Below, one piece after another: positions 38,880 through 46,707 of a stretch of DNA of 46,707 nucleotides. The notes beneath the pieces were generated by a model. That model was not told where the DNA came from. It did no database searches and saw only the letters and a list, made by a program, of their open reading frames with translations. The DNA is from Cyanophyceae cyanobacterium (GTDB lineage Bacteria; Cyanobacteriota; Cyanobacteriia; Cyanobacteriales; Laspinemataceae): positions 1 through 46,707 of the forward strand of contig JBBQFN010000038.1 in assembly GCA_038321985.1 (NCBI GenBank). Reading direction: 5' to 3'. The stretch's first letter is position 1. Each line of letters opens with the position of its first letter. The position numbers and the translations under genes are program-made.

Positions 38880-39959
38880 TTAAGCCAAAGGAAGAGAGAA
38901 CCGAAACGTGCTCCCTTTTCCCACTTCACTTTCCACCTGAATCTGACCCCCTTGGAGTTCGACTAACCGACGAGAAATGGCTAATCCGATGCCGGTGCCA
39001 TTGGTGCCGCTAGACCCTCGCCAGAAGCGATCGAATACATGAGGCAAATCCTCTACCGGGATACCGGATCCCGTGTCAATCACCGCAATCCACAGATAAC
39101 CAGTGCTTGTGCAGGTTTGCAGGCAAATCAAACCCGTTGCCGTATGCCGCAAGGCGTTCCCCAGAAGATTAACCAGCACTTGTTCTAGGCGATCGGGGTC
39201 GGCAATCACCGGAGGGAGTTGAGGAGGAGAGTCTAATTGCAACACCAGGTTTTCTTCCAGGATCCAATCGGAAAACCGTTCAATTAAGGTCTCTAACAAA
39301 GGGCGCACGTTCATGCGTTGCAAATCAATCGGCAGATAACCGGCTTCAGCTTTGGAGAGTTCCTGCAAATCATTCACTAACCGTTCCAGACGCCTGGTTT
39401 CTTTGGCAAGCCGGTGATAAATATCGGGGTCCGGTGGCAAGGTTCCGTCTTCCAGTTGTTCCAAATTGCCGCGAATGATCGTCAAGGGGGTTCGCAGTTC
39501 GTGAGTCAAATCACTAATCAGTTCCCGGCGTCGGTGTTCCACATTTTCAATACTGGCTGCCATGCGGTTAAAACTGGCACCCAGACGGTTGAGTTCAGGA
39601 ATTTCACTCGCCGGCATTCGCTGATGGAGTTCCCCGGCTGCAAATTTTTGGGTGATCCGTTCCATCAGCGTCATGGGTTTGGTAATCCGTTTGGCGACAA
39701 AATAGCTTAATAAACCTGCACCTGTTGTGCCTACAATTACAGACCAAAATGTACCACGATTCCAGGTCGTTTCAAAGACATCGACTAAAGACGTGCGGAC
39801 ATAATGGAGATTAAAACCTTTGCCTTCAAGTTGTTGGAGATGAACGACAAACAGACGCGGTGAAGAGAGTTTGCCGGTAATGACGAGAACCGTCACTCCC
39901 ACCATTAAAACGAGGAGATGGGAAAAAAATAAACGCGATCGCAATCCTATTTTAGCCAT
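38880..39959 (-). CDS. HAMP-domain sensor histidine kinase (BaeS-like)
   Basis: Two TMs, HAMP, HELRTPL, NLLGNALRH, DTGSGI, GTGIGL. Confidence 0.93.
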   Translation of the reverse strand: MAKIGLRSRLFFSHLLVLMVGVTVLVITGKLSSPRLFVVHLQQLEGKGFNLHYVRTSLVDVFETTWNRGTFWSVIVGTTGAGLLSYFVAKRITKPMTLMERITQKFAAGELHQRMPASEIPELNRLGASFNRMAASIENVEHRRRELISDLTHELRTPLTIIRGNLEQLEDGTLPPDPDIYHRLAKETRRLERLVNDLQELSKAEAGYLPIDLQRMNVRPLLETLIERFSDWILEENLVLQLDSPPQLPPVIADPDRLEQVLVNLLGNALRHTATGLICLQTCTSTGYLWIAVIDTGSGIPVEDLPHVFDRFWRGSSGTNGTGIGLAISRRLVELQGGQIQVESEVGKGSTFRFSLPLA

Positions 39960-40017
39960 ATTTATGAGTACCTTTTACCCGGTTTCTAACCCTGATTACG
40001 GAGGTTTTCAGAGTGGA

Positions 40018-40118
40018 TAGGACTTACGCAAAAACAGGCTTGAAGAACGAATACTTGCCACGCGCAGGCCAAATGGGAGTAGCAACCTCGGCGTTTTGGT
40101 TCAAGTGTCTAAGTCCTA
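40018..40118. mobile_element. Putative 101-bp MITE
   Basis: Terminal IRs TAGGACTTACGCA / TGTCTAAGTCCTA (11/13 match); no clear target-site duplication. Confidence 0.55.
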
Positions 40119-40195
40119 CCCGGGTGACTTCTGACGCACTCACTCGTTGTGACGGGCGATCGCCATTGGATGCTATTTTAGCTATTTTCAATGAA

Positions 40196-40267
40196 AGCCG
40201 ATGGCGGGATTTGAACCCGCGACCGCCTGATTACGAATCAAGTGCTCTACCACTGAGCTACATCGGC
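40196..40267 (-). tRNA. trnT: tRNA-Thr (anticodon CGT)
   Basis: GCCGATGTAGCTCAGTGGTAGAGCACTTGATTCGTAATCAGGCGGTCGCGGGTTCAAATCCCGCCATCGGCT folds as a cloverleaf; CCA not encoded. Confidence 0.97.
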
Positions 40268-40569
40268 ACGACTGACATTAGATGATTGTAGCAGGCTTTT
40301 TTTGAGTTGGCTAGAGGGCCCGTCAGATATTTTTCTAGGAATTTTTCTAGTCCGAATTCCGGCTGAATCCTTTTTCCACTGTAGCACTCATGACCTGTCC
40401 TAATCTTAGCCCTTCTGGGACGTTGCCGTAGAAGCGCCCTCCTGGGAAATTAGACTGACGATAGCATCCGGGTTCAGGGGTTGCGGGAAAAATCAGGGTT
40501 TGATTCCAAGGCAGTCCCCTGAATGGTAGGATTTGGTCTGACTAGATCTTCTAGCTTTACGGCTTGCTC

Positions 40570-41013
40570 ATGCTGACTTTAACCCACCGTTTGCCACCGG
40601 ATCCAGAGGCGGCGATCGCCTTGACACTTTCCCTCACCGCAGACGATCGCACTCGTAGTCGCCATCGGTTTGCAACGGAGGAGGGGGAAGAGGTTCATCT
40701 AAAGTTACCCCGAGGAACAGTTTTAGGCGATCGCGATCGCCTCACCTGTGACAAGCAGGAAATCATGGTTCTTGTCACTGCTAAACCGGAACCTACTCTT
40801 ACTGTCACGGCGAATACTCCCCTTGATTTATTACGCGCTGCTTATCATTTAGGAAATCGTCACGTTCCTTTAGAAATCAAACCGGATTATTTACGGTTGA
40901 GTGTTGACCCCGTTTTACAGACTCTGTTAGAACAATTAGGATTGATTGTTAGAGAAGAAACTATACCCTTTTTTCCAGAAATAGGAGCTTATCATTCCCC
41001 CCATGGTCATTAA
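40570..41013 (+). CDS. ureE: Urease accessory protein UreE
   Basis: AAYHLGNRHVPL motif and His-rich C-terminus. Confidence 0.96.
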   Translation: MLTLTHRLPPDPEAAIALTLSLTADDRTRSRHRFATEEGEEVHLKLPRGTVLGDRDRLTCDKQEIMVLVTAKPEPTLTVTANTPLDLLRAAYHLGNRHVPLEIKPDYLRLSVDPVLQTLLEQLGLIVREETIPFFPEIGAYHSPHGH

Positions 41014-41105
41014 TACATCCCTCAAATTTATCAATTTTTTCTTACAACTAACAAAAAATTGTAATTCTTTCAATAAGGATTTTGGCTTAATTTCTTAATA
41101 AATGT

Positions 41106-41789
41106 ATGGTAATAAATTTTTCATTACTCTCTTTACTCCAACTAGCGAGTCCAGCTTTACCTGTGGGGGCTTATAGCTATTCCGAAGGCTTAGAAATGTT
41201 AGTGGAACGTGGCATTGTCAACAGTGCCGACACTCTCCGAAAGTGGATTGAGAGGGAATTGCAGGAAGGGGCGATTTATTTAGATGCGGCTGTGATGCTG
41301 CGATCGCTACAGAGGGCAAAAGTAACCGATATTCCTGGGTTGCAGGAGTGGAATGCTTGGTCCTCAGCAACCCGAGAAACGGAAGAATTGCGAGAACAAA
41401 GTTGGCAAATGGGAAGCGCGCTGCTGCGGTTATTGATGACCTTGTTGCCGGTAGAAGACCGAATGGCAGCCGCCTCATTGGGTGAAGAAGACTGTAATTT
41501 TGCAGTCGCTTTCGGGATTGCTGCTGCCCATTGGCAAATTCCCCCCGATGTGGCTTTATTGGGATATTTACACAGTTGGACTTGTAATTTTATTGGCGCT
41601 GGGGTGAAACTCATTCCCCTGGGTCAAACTGCAGGGCAACAGGTGTTATTTAATTTACAACCGCATTTAGTGGCGGCAGTTCAAACTATTTTGACTGTTG
41701 AAGATCATCAACTCAGCAGTTGCACTTGGGGACTAAGTTTAGCGAGTATGCAGCATGAAACTCAATATTCAAGATTGTTTAGAAGCTGA
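41106..41789 (+). CDS. ureF: Urease accessory protein UreF
   Basis: [20 protein letters not shown] ... [11 protein letters not shown]. Confidence 0.97.
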   Translation: MVINFSLLSLLQLASPALPVGAYSYSEGLEMLVERGIVNSADTLRKWIERELQEGAIYLDAAVMLRSLQRAKVTDIPGLQEWNAWSSATRETEELREQSWQMGSALLRLLMTLLPVEDRMAAASLGEEDCNFAVAFGIAAAHWQIPPDVALLGYLHSWTCNFIGAGVKLIPLGQTAGQQVLFNLQPHLVAAVQTILTVEDHQLSSCTWGLSLASMQHETQYSRLFRS

Positions 41790-41904
41790 ACACCTTAACT
41801 CCATCTCTTGACCATTAATTTCAGAGAATATCAAGCCGAAATCATGAAATCAGCCTTCTATAAATTAGTCAATTTATTTAAAATTGCTAGAAGGCTTTGC
41901 CAAT

Positions 41905-41939
41905 AAAAAAGCACGGAAATATTTTATTCCGTGCTTTTT
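41905..41939. terminator. Bidirectional terminator between convergent genes
   Basis: AAAAAAGCACGGAA-loop-TTCCGTGCTTTTT. Confidence 0.75.
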
Positions 41940-41965
41940 ATTTTAACGGCTATAAAAGGGTTCGC

Positions 41966-43021
41966 TTAACGGCTGATATAGTGAACCCAAAACTCTCCAT
42001 CCGGAATACAAGTGCGGCGGATTAAGTTATAGGAGTAGTGTACATAAGCCCCAGATCTGTCATTTCGATAACCCGTAGGGAACCACTCTCCAAACGGATC
42101 GTGAACGATAAATCCGTTCGCGTCAAAGCCGACTAAAACCACTATGTGACCGAAACTTGTGAAGTAGCCATGAATGACACAGGGGTTGCCACCACGCAAG
42201 TGGTTTTGACAACGTTCGATGGTTCCCCAGTAGGTAAAGTCATCCTTGCGCTTGTAGTCGCGTACAACTCGTGCTAAATGTTCGGGATTAAGATAAGAAT
42301 ATCCGCGATCGAGACACCAGCGATATAATTCATCTTCCATCTGCCGATACCGACTGTCATAGCGAGGAACTCCCAGATATTCCAAGCACATGGCGAGGGA
42401 GGTGACATTACAAGAACCATTGGGATTGTAGTAGTTGTCAAGCTGAGACTTAAAAGGCACATTTAACCGCACTGATGCAGCAGGTTGCTGGGCTTGAGTG
42501 AGGGTGCGGTTTCCTTCTATTAGTTGAATATGCTGTTCAAACGCATACCAGACTCGGTTTCCCCGAATCGCTTCTTGTAAGGTAATTCGATAATGACCCC
42601 GATGACCCGGTTCATAATTAGCTAAGGCAAAACTCTGCTCTGCTTCTACACCGAATTGCTCATTTAGAGTGAGTACAGAGGATTGCAAGGGTAACGTTTT
42701 AAAAATCGTTTTGGTGACGGTTTTTAAGGAAAGTTTGGGAACTGATAAATTGTGCGGTGCAGCAGTCATTAGGGCTGCAATTGTTTTCGGGCCGAGGGCT
42801 TCTGTTTCTTCTTTTATCCCGTTGAGGGTTTGAAACCGTTGATAAGCGGCGTTAGTGAGTTCCCCAAAAACTCCATCAACGGGAGGCGTGAGTAATTCGA
42901 GGTCCGCTAACCGCTGCTGAATTTCACACGTCAAAGTTTTATTGTTAGCTACTTCTGAGAGCGGGCAAATCGTGTCAATTTCCAAAAAAGCGGAGTGAGA
43001 TTTGTCGTTAAGTAGGGTCAT
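41966..43021 (-). CDS. Peptidoglycan-binding domain + C39-like peptidase
   Basis: VDGVFGELTNAAYQRFQ (PG-binding); SCNVTSLAM, GHIVV and HDPFG catalytic Cys/His/Asp. Confidence 0.88.
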   Translation of the reverse strand: MTLLNDKSHSAFLEIDTICPLSEVANNKTLTCEIQQRLADLELLTPPVDGVFGELTNAAYQRFQTLNGIKEETEALGPKTIAALMTAAPHNLSVPKLSLKTVTKTIFKTLPLQSSVLTLNEQFGVEAEQSFALANYEPGHRGHYRITLQEAIRGNRVWYAFEQHIQLIEGNRTLTQAQQPAASVRLNVPFKSQLDNYYNPNGSCNVTSLAMCLEYLGVPRYDSRYRQMEDELYRWCLDRGYSYLNPEHLARVVRDYKRKDDFTYWGTIERCQNHLRGGNPCVIHGYFTSFGHIVVLVGFDANGFIVHDPFGEWFPTGYRNDRSGAYVHYSYNLIRRTCIPDGEFWVHYISR

Positions 43022-43300
43022 AATCGAAGAATTGGGGGCAAAAGTATAGGCACAAAGACGCTTCCCTTATGTTTTAGCGCCTGCAATTTTATTGCGGAGA
43101 AAATATAGGTGAATCCGGAAATCGAAGGCAACATGATCGATGATTTAGCCCCAGGGAGACAAAGGGGACAGGAAAGGGCAAGATTTATTTTCGCCGGGGT
43201 GATTCTGGGGTAGGAGTTCCTCTGGCTTCCCCCACGCTGGCCTGTCCCCCTGCTATCGTGGAAAAGACTATCTAGTTAACTCAGGCGATCGCCCACTTTT

Positions 43301-44506
43301 ATGACAGAAAAAGCACGGATTTGTATCCTCGGCGGCGGATTTGGCGGTCTCTATGCGGCTTTGCGCTTGAGCGAGTTGCCCTGGAACCCGCCTGAAACCC
43401 CCGAGATTGTTTTAATCGACAACAACGATCGCTTCTTGTTTTCCCCCCTCCTATACGAGTTGCTAACAGGGGAATTACAATCCTGGGAAATCGCGCCACC
43501 GTTTTCGGAACTGTTGGCAAACACGAAGGTACGCTTCCATCAAGGTTCTGTCTCTGACATCAACCTAGAAAACAAACAGGTGCATTTAGACGATGGGATG
43601 CAATTTACTTACGATCGCGCAATCTTGGCGTTAGGTGGAGAAACTCCCTTAGATTTAGTCCCCGGATGTGCTGATTATGCCTTCCCCTTCCGCACCATTG
43701 CCGATGCCTATCGCATGGAGGAACGACTGCGAGTCTTAGAAACCTCGGACCAAGATAAAATCCGGATCGCCATTGTCGGTGCCGGATATTCCGGGGTAGA
43801 GTTGGCTTGCAAACTGGCCGATCGCCTCCAAAACCGGGGTCGTCTGCGCCTGATTGAAATGGGTACAGAAATTCTGCGAACCTCCACAGAATTTAACCGC
43901 AAGGCAGCGACAAAAGCCTTAGAAGAACGGGGAATTTGGCTCGATTTAGAAACCACTACCGAAGAGCTTACCGCCGATACGATTTCCCTGTTATACCGAG
44001 GACAAGTAGACTCAATTCCCGTGGATCTCGTTGTCTGGACTGTGGGAACCCGAGTTGCTTCAGCAGTGGAAGCCCTCCCTCTAAAGCGCACAGAACGGGG
44101 TCAAATTGAAGTGATGCGGACCTTACAGGCGATCGACCATCCCGAACTATTTGCGATCGGCGACCTAGCCTATAGTCTGGATGCAAAGGGACAACCTGTC
44201 CCTACAACCGCACAATCAGCCATGCAGCAAGCGGACTATGCCGCCTGGAATGTCTGGGCCTCCCTCAGCGATCGCCCCCTCCTCCCCTTTGAATATCAAG
44301 GGTTAGGGGAAATGATGACCTTGGGTATCGATAATGCCACCTTAACGGGGTTGGGCGTCAAATTGGACGGTCAAATGGCTCACTTACTGCGGCGTCTGGC
44401 CTATCTGTATCGGATGCCTACATTTGACCATCAACTCAAAGTCGGCTTAAATTGGATTACTCAGCCCGTGCGTGAGTTTTTCTCTCAATCCAGTTTACCC
44501 CGTTAA
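43301..44506 (+). CDS. ndbB: Type II NAD(P)H dehydrogenase-like FAD oxidoreductase (NdbB type)
   Basis: RICILGGGFGGLYAAL, FLFSPLLYELLTGELQSWEIAPPF, GAGYSGVELA, FAIGD. Confidence 0.85.
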   Translation: MTEKARICILGGGFGGLYAALRLSELPWNPPETPEIVLIDNNDRFLFSPLLYELLTGELQSWEIAPPFSELLANTKVRFHQGSVSDINLENKQVHLDDGMQFTYDRAILALGGETPLDLVPGCADYAFPFRTIADAYRMEERLRVLETSDQDKIRIAIVGAGYSGVELACKLADRLQNRGRLRLIEMGTEILRTSTEFNRKAATKALEERGIWLDLETTTEELTADTISLLYRGQVDSIPVDLVVWTVGTRVASAVEALPLKRTERGQIEVMRTLQAIDHPELFAIGDLAYSLDAKGQPVPTTAQSAMQQADYAAWNVWASLSDRPLLPFEYQGLGEMMTLGIDNATLTGLGVKLDGQMAHLLRRLAYLYRMPTFDHQLKVGLNWITQPVREFFSQSSLPR

Positions 44507-44515
44507 TATAACCTG

Positions 44516-45163
44516 ATGTCCAAGCCTTCATTAATCTTTTTCGATGCCGCCGGTACCCTATTTGGGGTGCAGGGGAGTGTTGGTGAAGCCTACGGGAATT
44601 TTGCCCGTCGCTTTGGGGTAGAAGTTGACGATCGCCTTTTAAATCAGGCATTTTTTGACAGTTTTGCCGCCACAGAACAGGCGGCATTTCCGGGGGTCCT
44701 GCAAAGAGATATTCCCCGCCTGGAATTTCAGTGGTGGGAGGCGATCGCAACGGTCACCTTCAAACGCGCCGGAGTCTTCCACCAGTTCGCTGATTTTTCC
44801 GTCTTCTTTGAGCAACTTTACGACTACTTTGCCACTGCCGAACCTTGGTTCCTCTATCCTGATGTTCGCCCCACCCTGGAATCCTTGCACTCCGAAGGCA
44901 TTCAGCTTGGGGTTTTATCTAATTTTGACTCCCGACTCTACTCCGTGCTTGAGGCACTAAATCTGGCGCAGTTCTTCGACTCCGTAACCATTTCTACCGC
45001 CGTGGGTGCCGCAAAACCAAACCCGCCGATTTTTGCGGCGGGTTTAGAAAAACATGGTTGTCTTCCGTCTCAGGCATGGCACATCGGCGATAGCTATCAC
45101 GATGATTATCAAGGAGCGATCGCCGCCGGTTTGCGCGGAATTTGGCTGCAACGTAAAGCCTAA
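44516..45163 (+). CDS. HAD-IA family hydrolase
   Basis: FFDAAGTL, LSNFD, KPNPPIF, HIGDS motifs. Confidence 0.93.
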   Translation: MSKPSLIFFDAAGTLFGVQGSVGEAYGNFARRFGVEVDDRLLNQAFFDSFAATEQAAFPGVLQRDIPRLEFQWWEAIATVTFKRAGVFHQFADFSVFFEQLYDYFATAEPWFLYPDVRPTLESLHSEGIQLGVLSNFDSRLYSVLEALNLAQFFDSVTISTAVGAAKPNPPIFAAGLEKHGCLPSQAWHIGDSYHDDYQGAIAAGLRGIWLQRKA

Positions 45164-45169
45164 CGAGGC

Positions 45170-45601
45170 TTAGTAAGGGTAACAGGTAAGCTGTTGGGAT
45201 TCCATTTGTAGCTGCTCTATCAGGTCGTCATCTCCCCGCATTTTTGCGGCTTGCATCCGGCGTTCTAAACTCCGGCAAATGTTATTGCGGTGAAGTTTGG
45301 CAACCTCTTCCATGATTTTTTTGGCTGGGTTGGCATCTACGAGGGTCCTCCCCATTGCTCCTATACCCTTCTTGGGGACTACTTCTGGCACTGGAGTCGT
45401 TACCGTTGCCCCAGAATTATACTGCACGCCCCTATAGGTTAACTGGCTCATCGTCGGAGGTACGGGAATATGACGCGGATAGCTCACCTGCCAATCATTT
45501 CCCCGATATTTTCCACCAATTTCTCCCTCCATGAGATTGAAGGTCTGGGGTTGGGATTCGTAACCAATTCCGCGATAAGTAAGTTTCATATCGGTGTTCA
45601 T
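45170..45601 (-). CDS. DUF4278 protein with PirA-like C-terminal helix pair
   Basis: MKLTYRGIGY, GKYRG and LTYRGVQY motifs; C-terminal HRNNICRSLERRMQAAKMRGDDDLIEQLQME. Confidence 0.85.
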   Translation of the reverse strand: MNTDMKLTYRGIGYESQPQTFNLMEGEIGGKYRGNDWQVSYPRHIPVPPTMSQLTYRGVQYNSGATVTTPVPEVVPKKGIGAMGRTLVDANPAKKIMEEVAKLHRNNICRSLERRMQAAKMRGDDDLIEQLQMESQQLTCYPY

Positions 45602-45667
45602 CTTCTAAATTAAGTGGATTTACTAAAGTTGGGAGAGGGTCCGCTTTTTTGCCTTTCCCTCTATTTC

Positions 45668-45683
45668 TGTATTATATTTTACA
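45668..45683 (-). promoter_or_regulatory. NtcA-binding site TGTA-N8-TACA overlapping a TATAAT -10 box
   Basis: TGTATTATATTTTACA; ATTATA at 45671-45676 reads TATAAT on the minus strand, upstream of the DUF4278 gene. Confidence 0.8.
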
Positions 45684-45749
45684 GTTTTAAGGAAATATGC
45701 GTTTTTTTAATAAAACTTTACAATCGGAGGAATTTTTTTAAGGGGGGCC

Positions 45750-46075
45750 ATAGGTGCAGTTTCAAGCCTGAACTGAAGAAACGACTAAAGTCGTTACTAC
45801 GAACTAGGGAATAGTCTTTTGTTTGTAGTAACGACTTCAGTCGTTTCCGGAGGTTAACTTTATTGAGGAAAGAGCAGACTTCGCACCCAAGGGGCAAGAA
45901 AGCCTTGAGGCCCTACGCGAGGTTTGCTTGTTTCTGCCCTTTCCATAGAAATAGGGGACCACAGGTGTAGTTTCCAGCCCGAACTGAAGAAACCACTAAA
46001 GTCGTTACTACGAACTACTGAAGAAACGACTAAAGTCGTTACTACGAACTACTGAAGAAACAACTAAAGTCGTTG
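45750..46075. repeat. Cluster of GTAG-type REP hairpins (34-bp unit ACTGAAGAAACGACTAAAGTCGTTACTACGAACT)
   Basis: Copies at about 45772, 45983, 46017 and 46051 (partial), plus an inverted copy at about 45824-45846. Confidence 0.85.
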
Positions 46076-46109
46076 CGGGGGTTAGCTTCAAAGATAAGGA
46101 ATAGAATCT

Positions 46110-46154
46110 GCTAAAGCAAAGAGCTTCTCGCTAAAGCAAAGAGCTTCTCGCTAA
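46110..46154. repeat. Tandem 20-bp duplication CTAAAGCAAAGAGCTTCTCG
   Basis: Two adjacent exact copies plus a partial third. Confidence 0.8.
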
Positions 46155-46280
46155 AACTAATAATTAACTCTGAGTAAGCTAGCTGATACTGCCATCGTTT
46201 AGGAATGCCAAAATCTCCATAAAAAGCACCAGCAATTTGACCATAAATTGCACCTGTGGTATCAGCATCATTCCCTAGAT

Positions 46281-46707
46281 GGTAGTCCTAAATATGTAAT
46301 GATTTATTATAATCATGAATAAAATACAATAAGGCCCCAACATGATTATCTAATTTTTTAGAAAACGATAAAGTTTTTCTAACCAGTCTAGAAACTCGTT
46401 GCCTTAAGGTATTATTGAACCGTTCAGTATGGCTGGTTTTTCCGCTATCTTTGCTGACCGGCTTATGTCTGGTGGTTGGGAAAACACATTCATATGCTTG
46501 CCAAAAATCTGTATAACACACTGCACATTGCCGATAAACAGGAGGTAAAGATTCCCATAATTTTTTGGCTGATTTTTGACTTCTATCTCCTACATAAAAT
46601 CCGACAATTTCTCGGGTTTCTAAATCTAAAGCGAGCCACACCCACTGTTGGTTTTGTTTGTTTTGAACATAAGACCAAAGTTCGTCACATTGAATGATTA
46701 GTTTTCC
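46281..46707 (-). mobile_element. IS1-family element (3' part, InsB-like transposase 46288 to beyond 46707)
   Basis: QCDELWSYV, YTDFWQAY, TSHTERFNNTLRQRVSRLVRKTLSFSK; GGTAGT terminus at 46281. Confidence 0.9.

Noticed and set aside
40196..40267. tRNA-Thr as an island integration site
   Set aside because: No integrase and no duplicate of the tRNA 3' end seen in the window.
45772..46075. 34-bp palindromic repeats as a CRISPR array
   Set aside because: Units are head-to-tail without unique spacers, one copy is inverted, and there are no cas genes. They fit REP elements.
1..46707. Very frequent GCGATCGC octamer
   Set aside because: This is the well-known cyanobacterial HIP1 sequence, useful for taxonomy but not novel.

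Overview
Window from a cyanobacterial chromosome (abundant HIP1 GCGATCGC; REP-like repeats suggest a filamentous Oscillatoriales-type genome, which is inference). Core genes: intein-containing dnaB, rplI, mrdA, alpha-2-macroglobulin, FKBP, phasin, HtrA-family protease, tRNA-Thr(CGT), ureE/ureF, ndbB. Signalling genes: an APC permease-PAS-histidine kinase fusion, a Ser/Thr kinase-ATPase-GAF-His kinase, a GGDEF protein and a HAMP kinase. Two accessory loci stand out. (1) A minus-strand TPR-CHAT protease / small helical protein / 2-TM coiled-coil protein cluster (5498-12576) that resembles a CATRA-like protease-activated membrane-effector conflict system. Its protease gene is hit twice, by an in-frame TGA inside an oddly mutated TPR repeat and by a precise ISAzo13 insertion. 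(2) A STAND-like TPR gene with a degenerate Walker A (29006-32422) bracketed by two ~200-bp inverted cassettes, each made of a REP hairpin plus a near-consensus inward-facing sigma70 promoter. Also present: several REP/MITE families, a partial IS1, and a perfect NtcA site overlapping the -10 box of a DUF4278/PirA-like gene. No CRISPR array was seen. Family calls come from motif recognition, not database searches.
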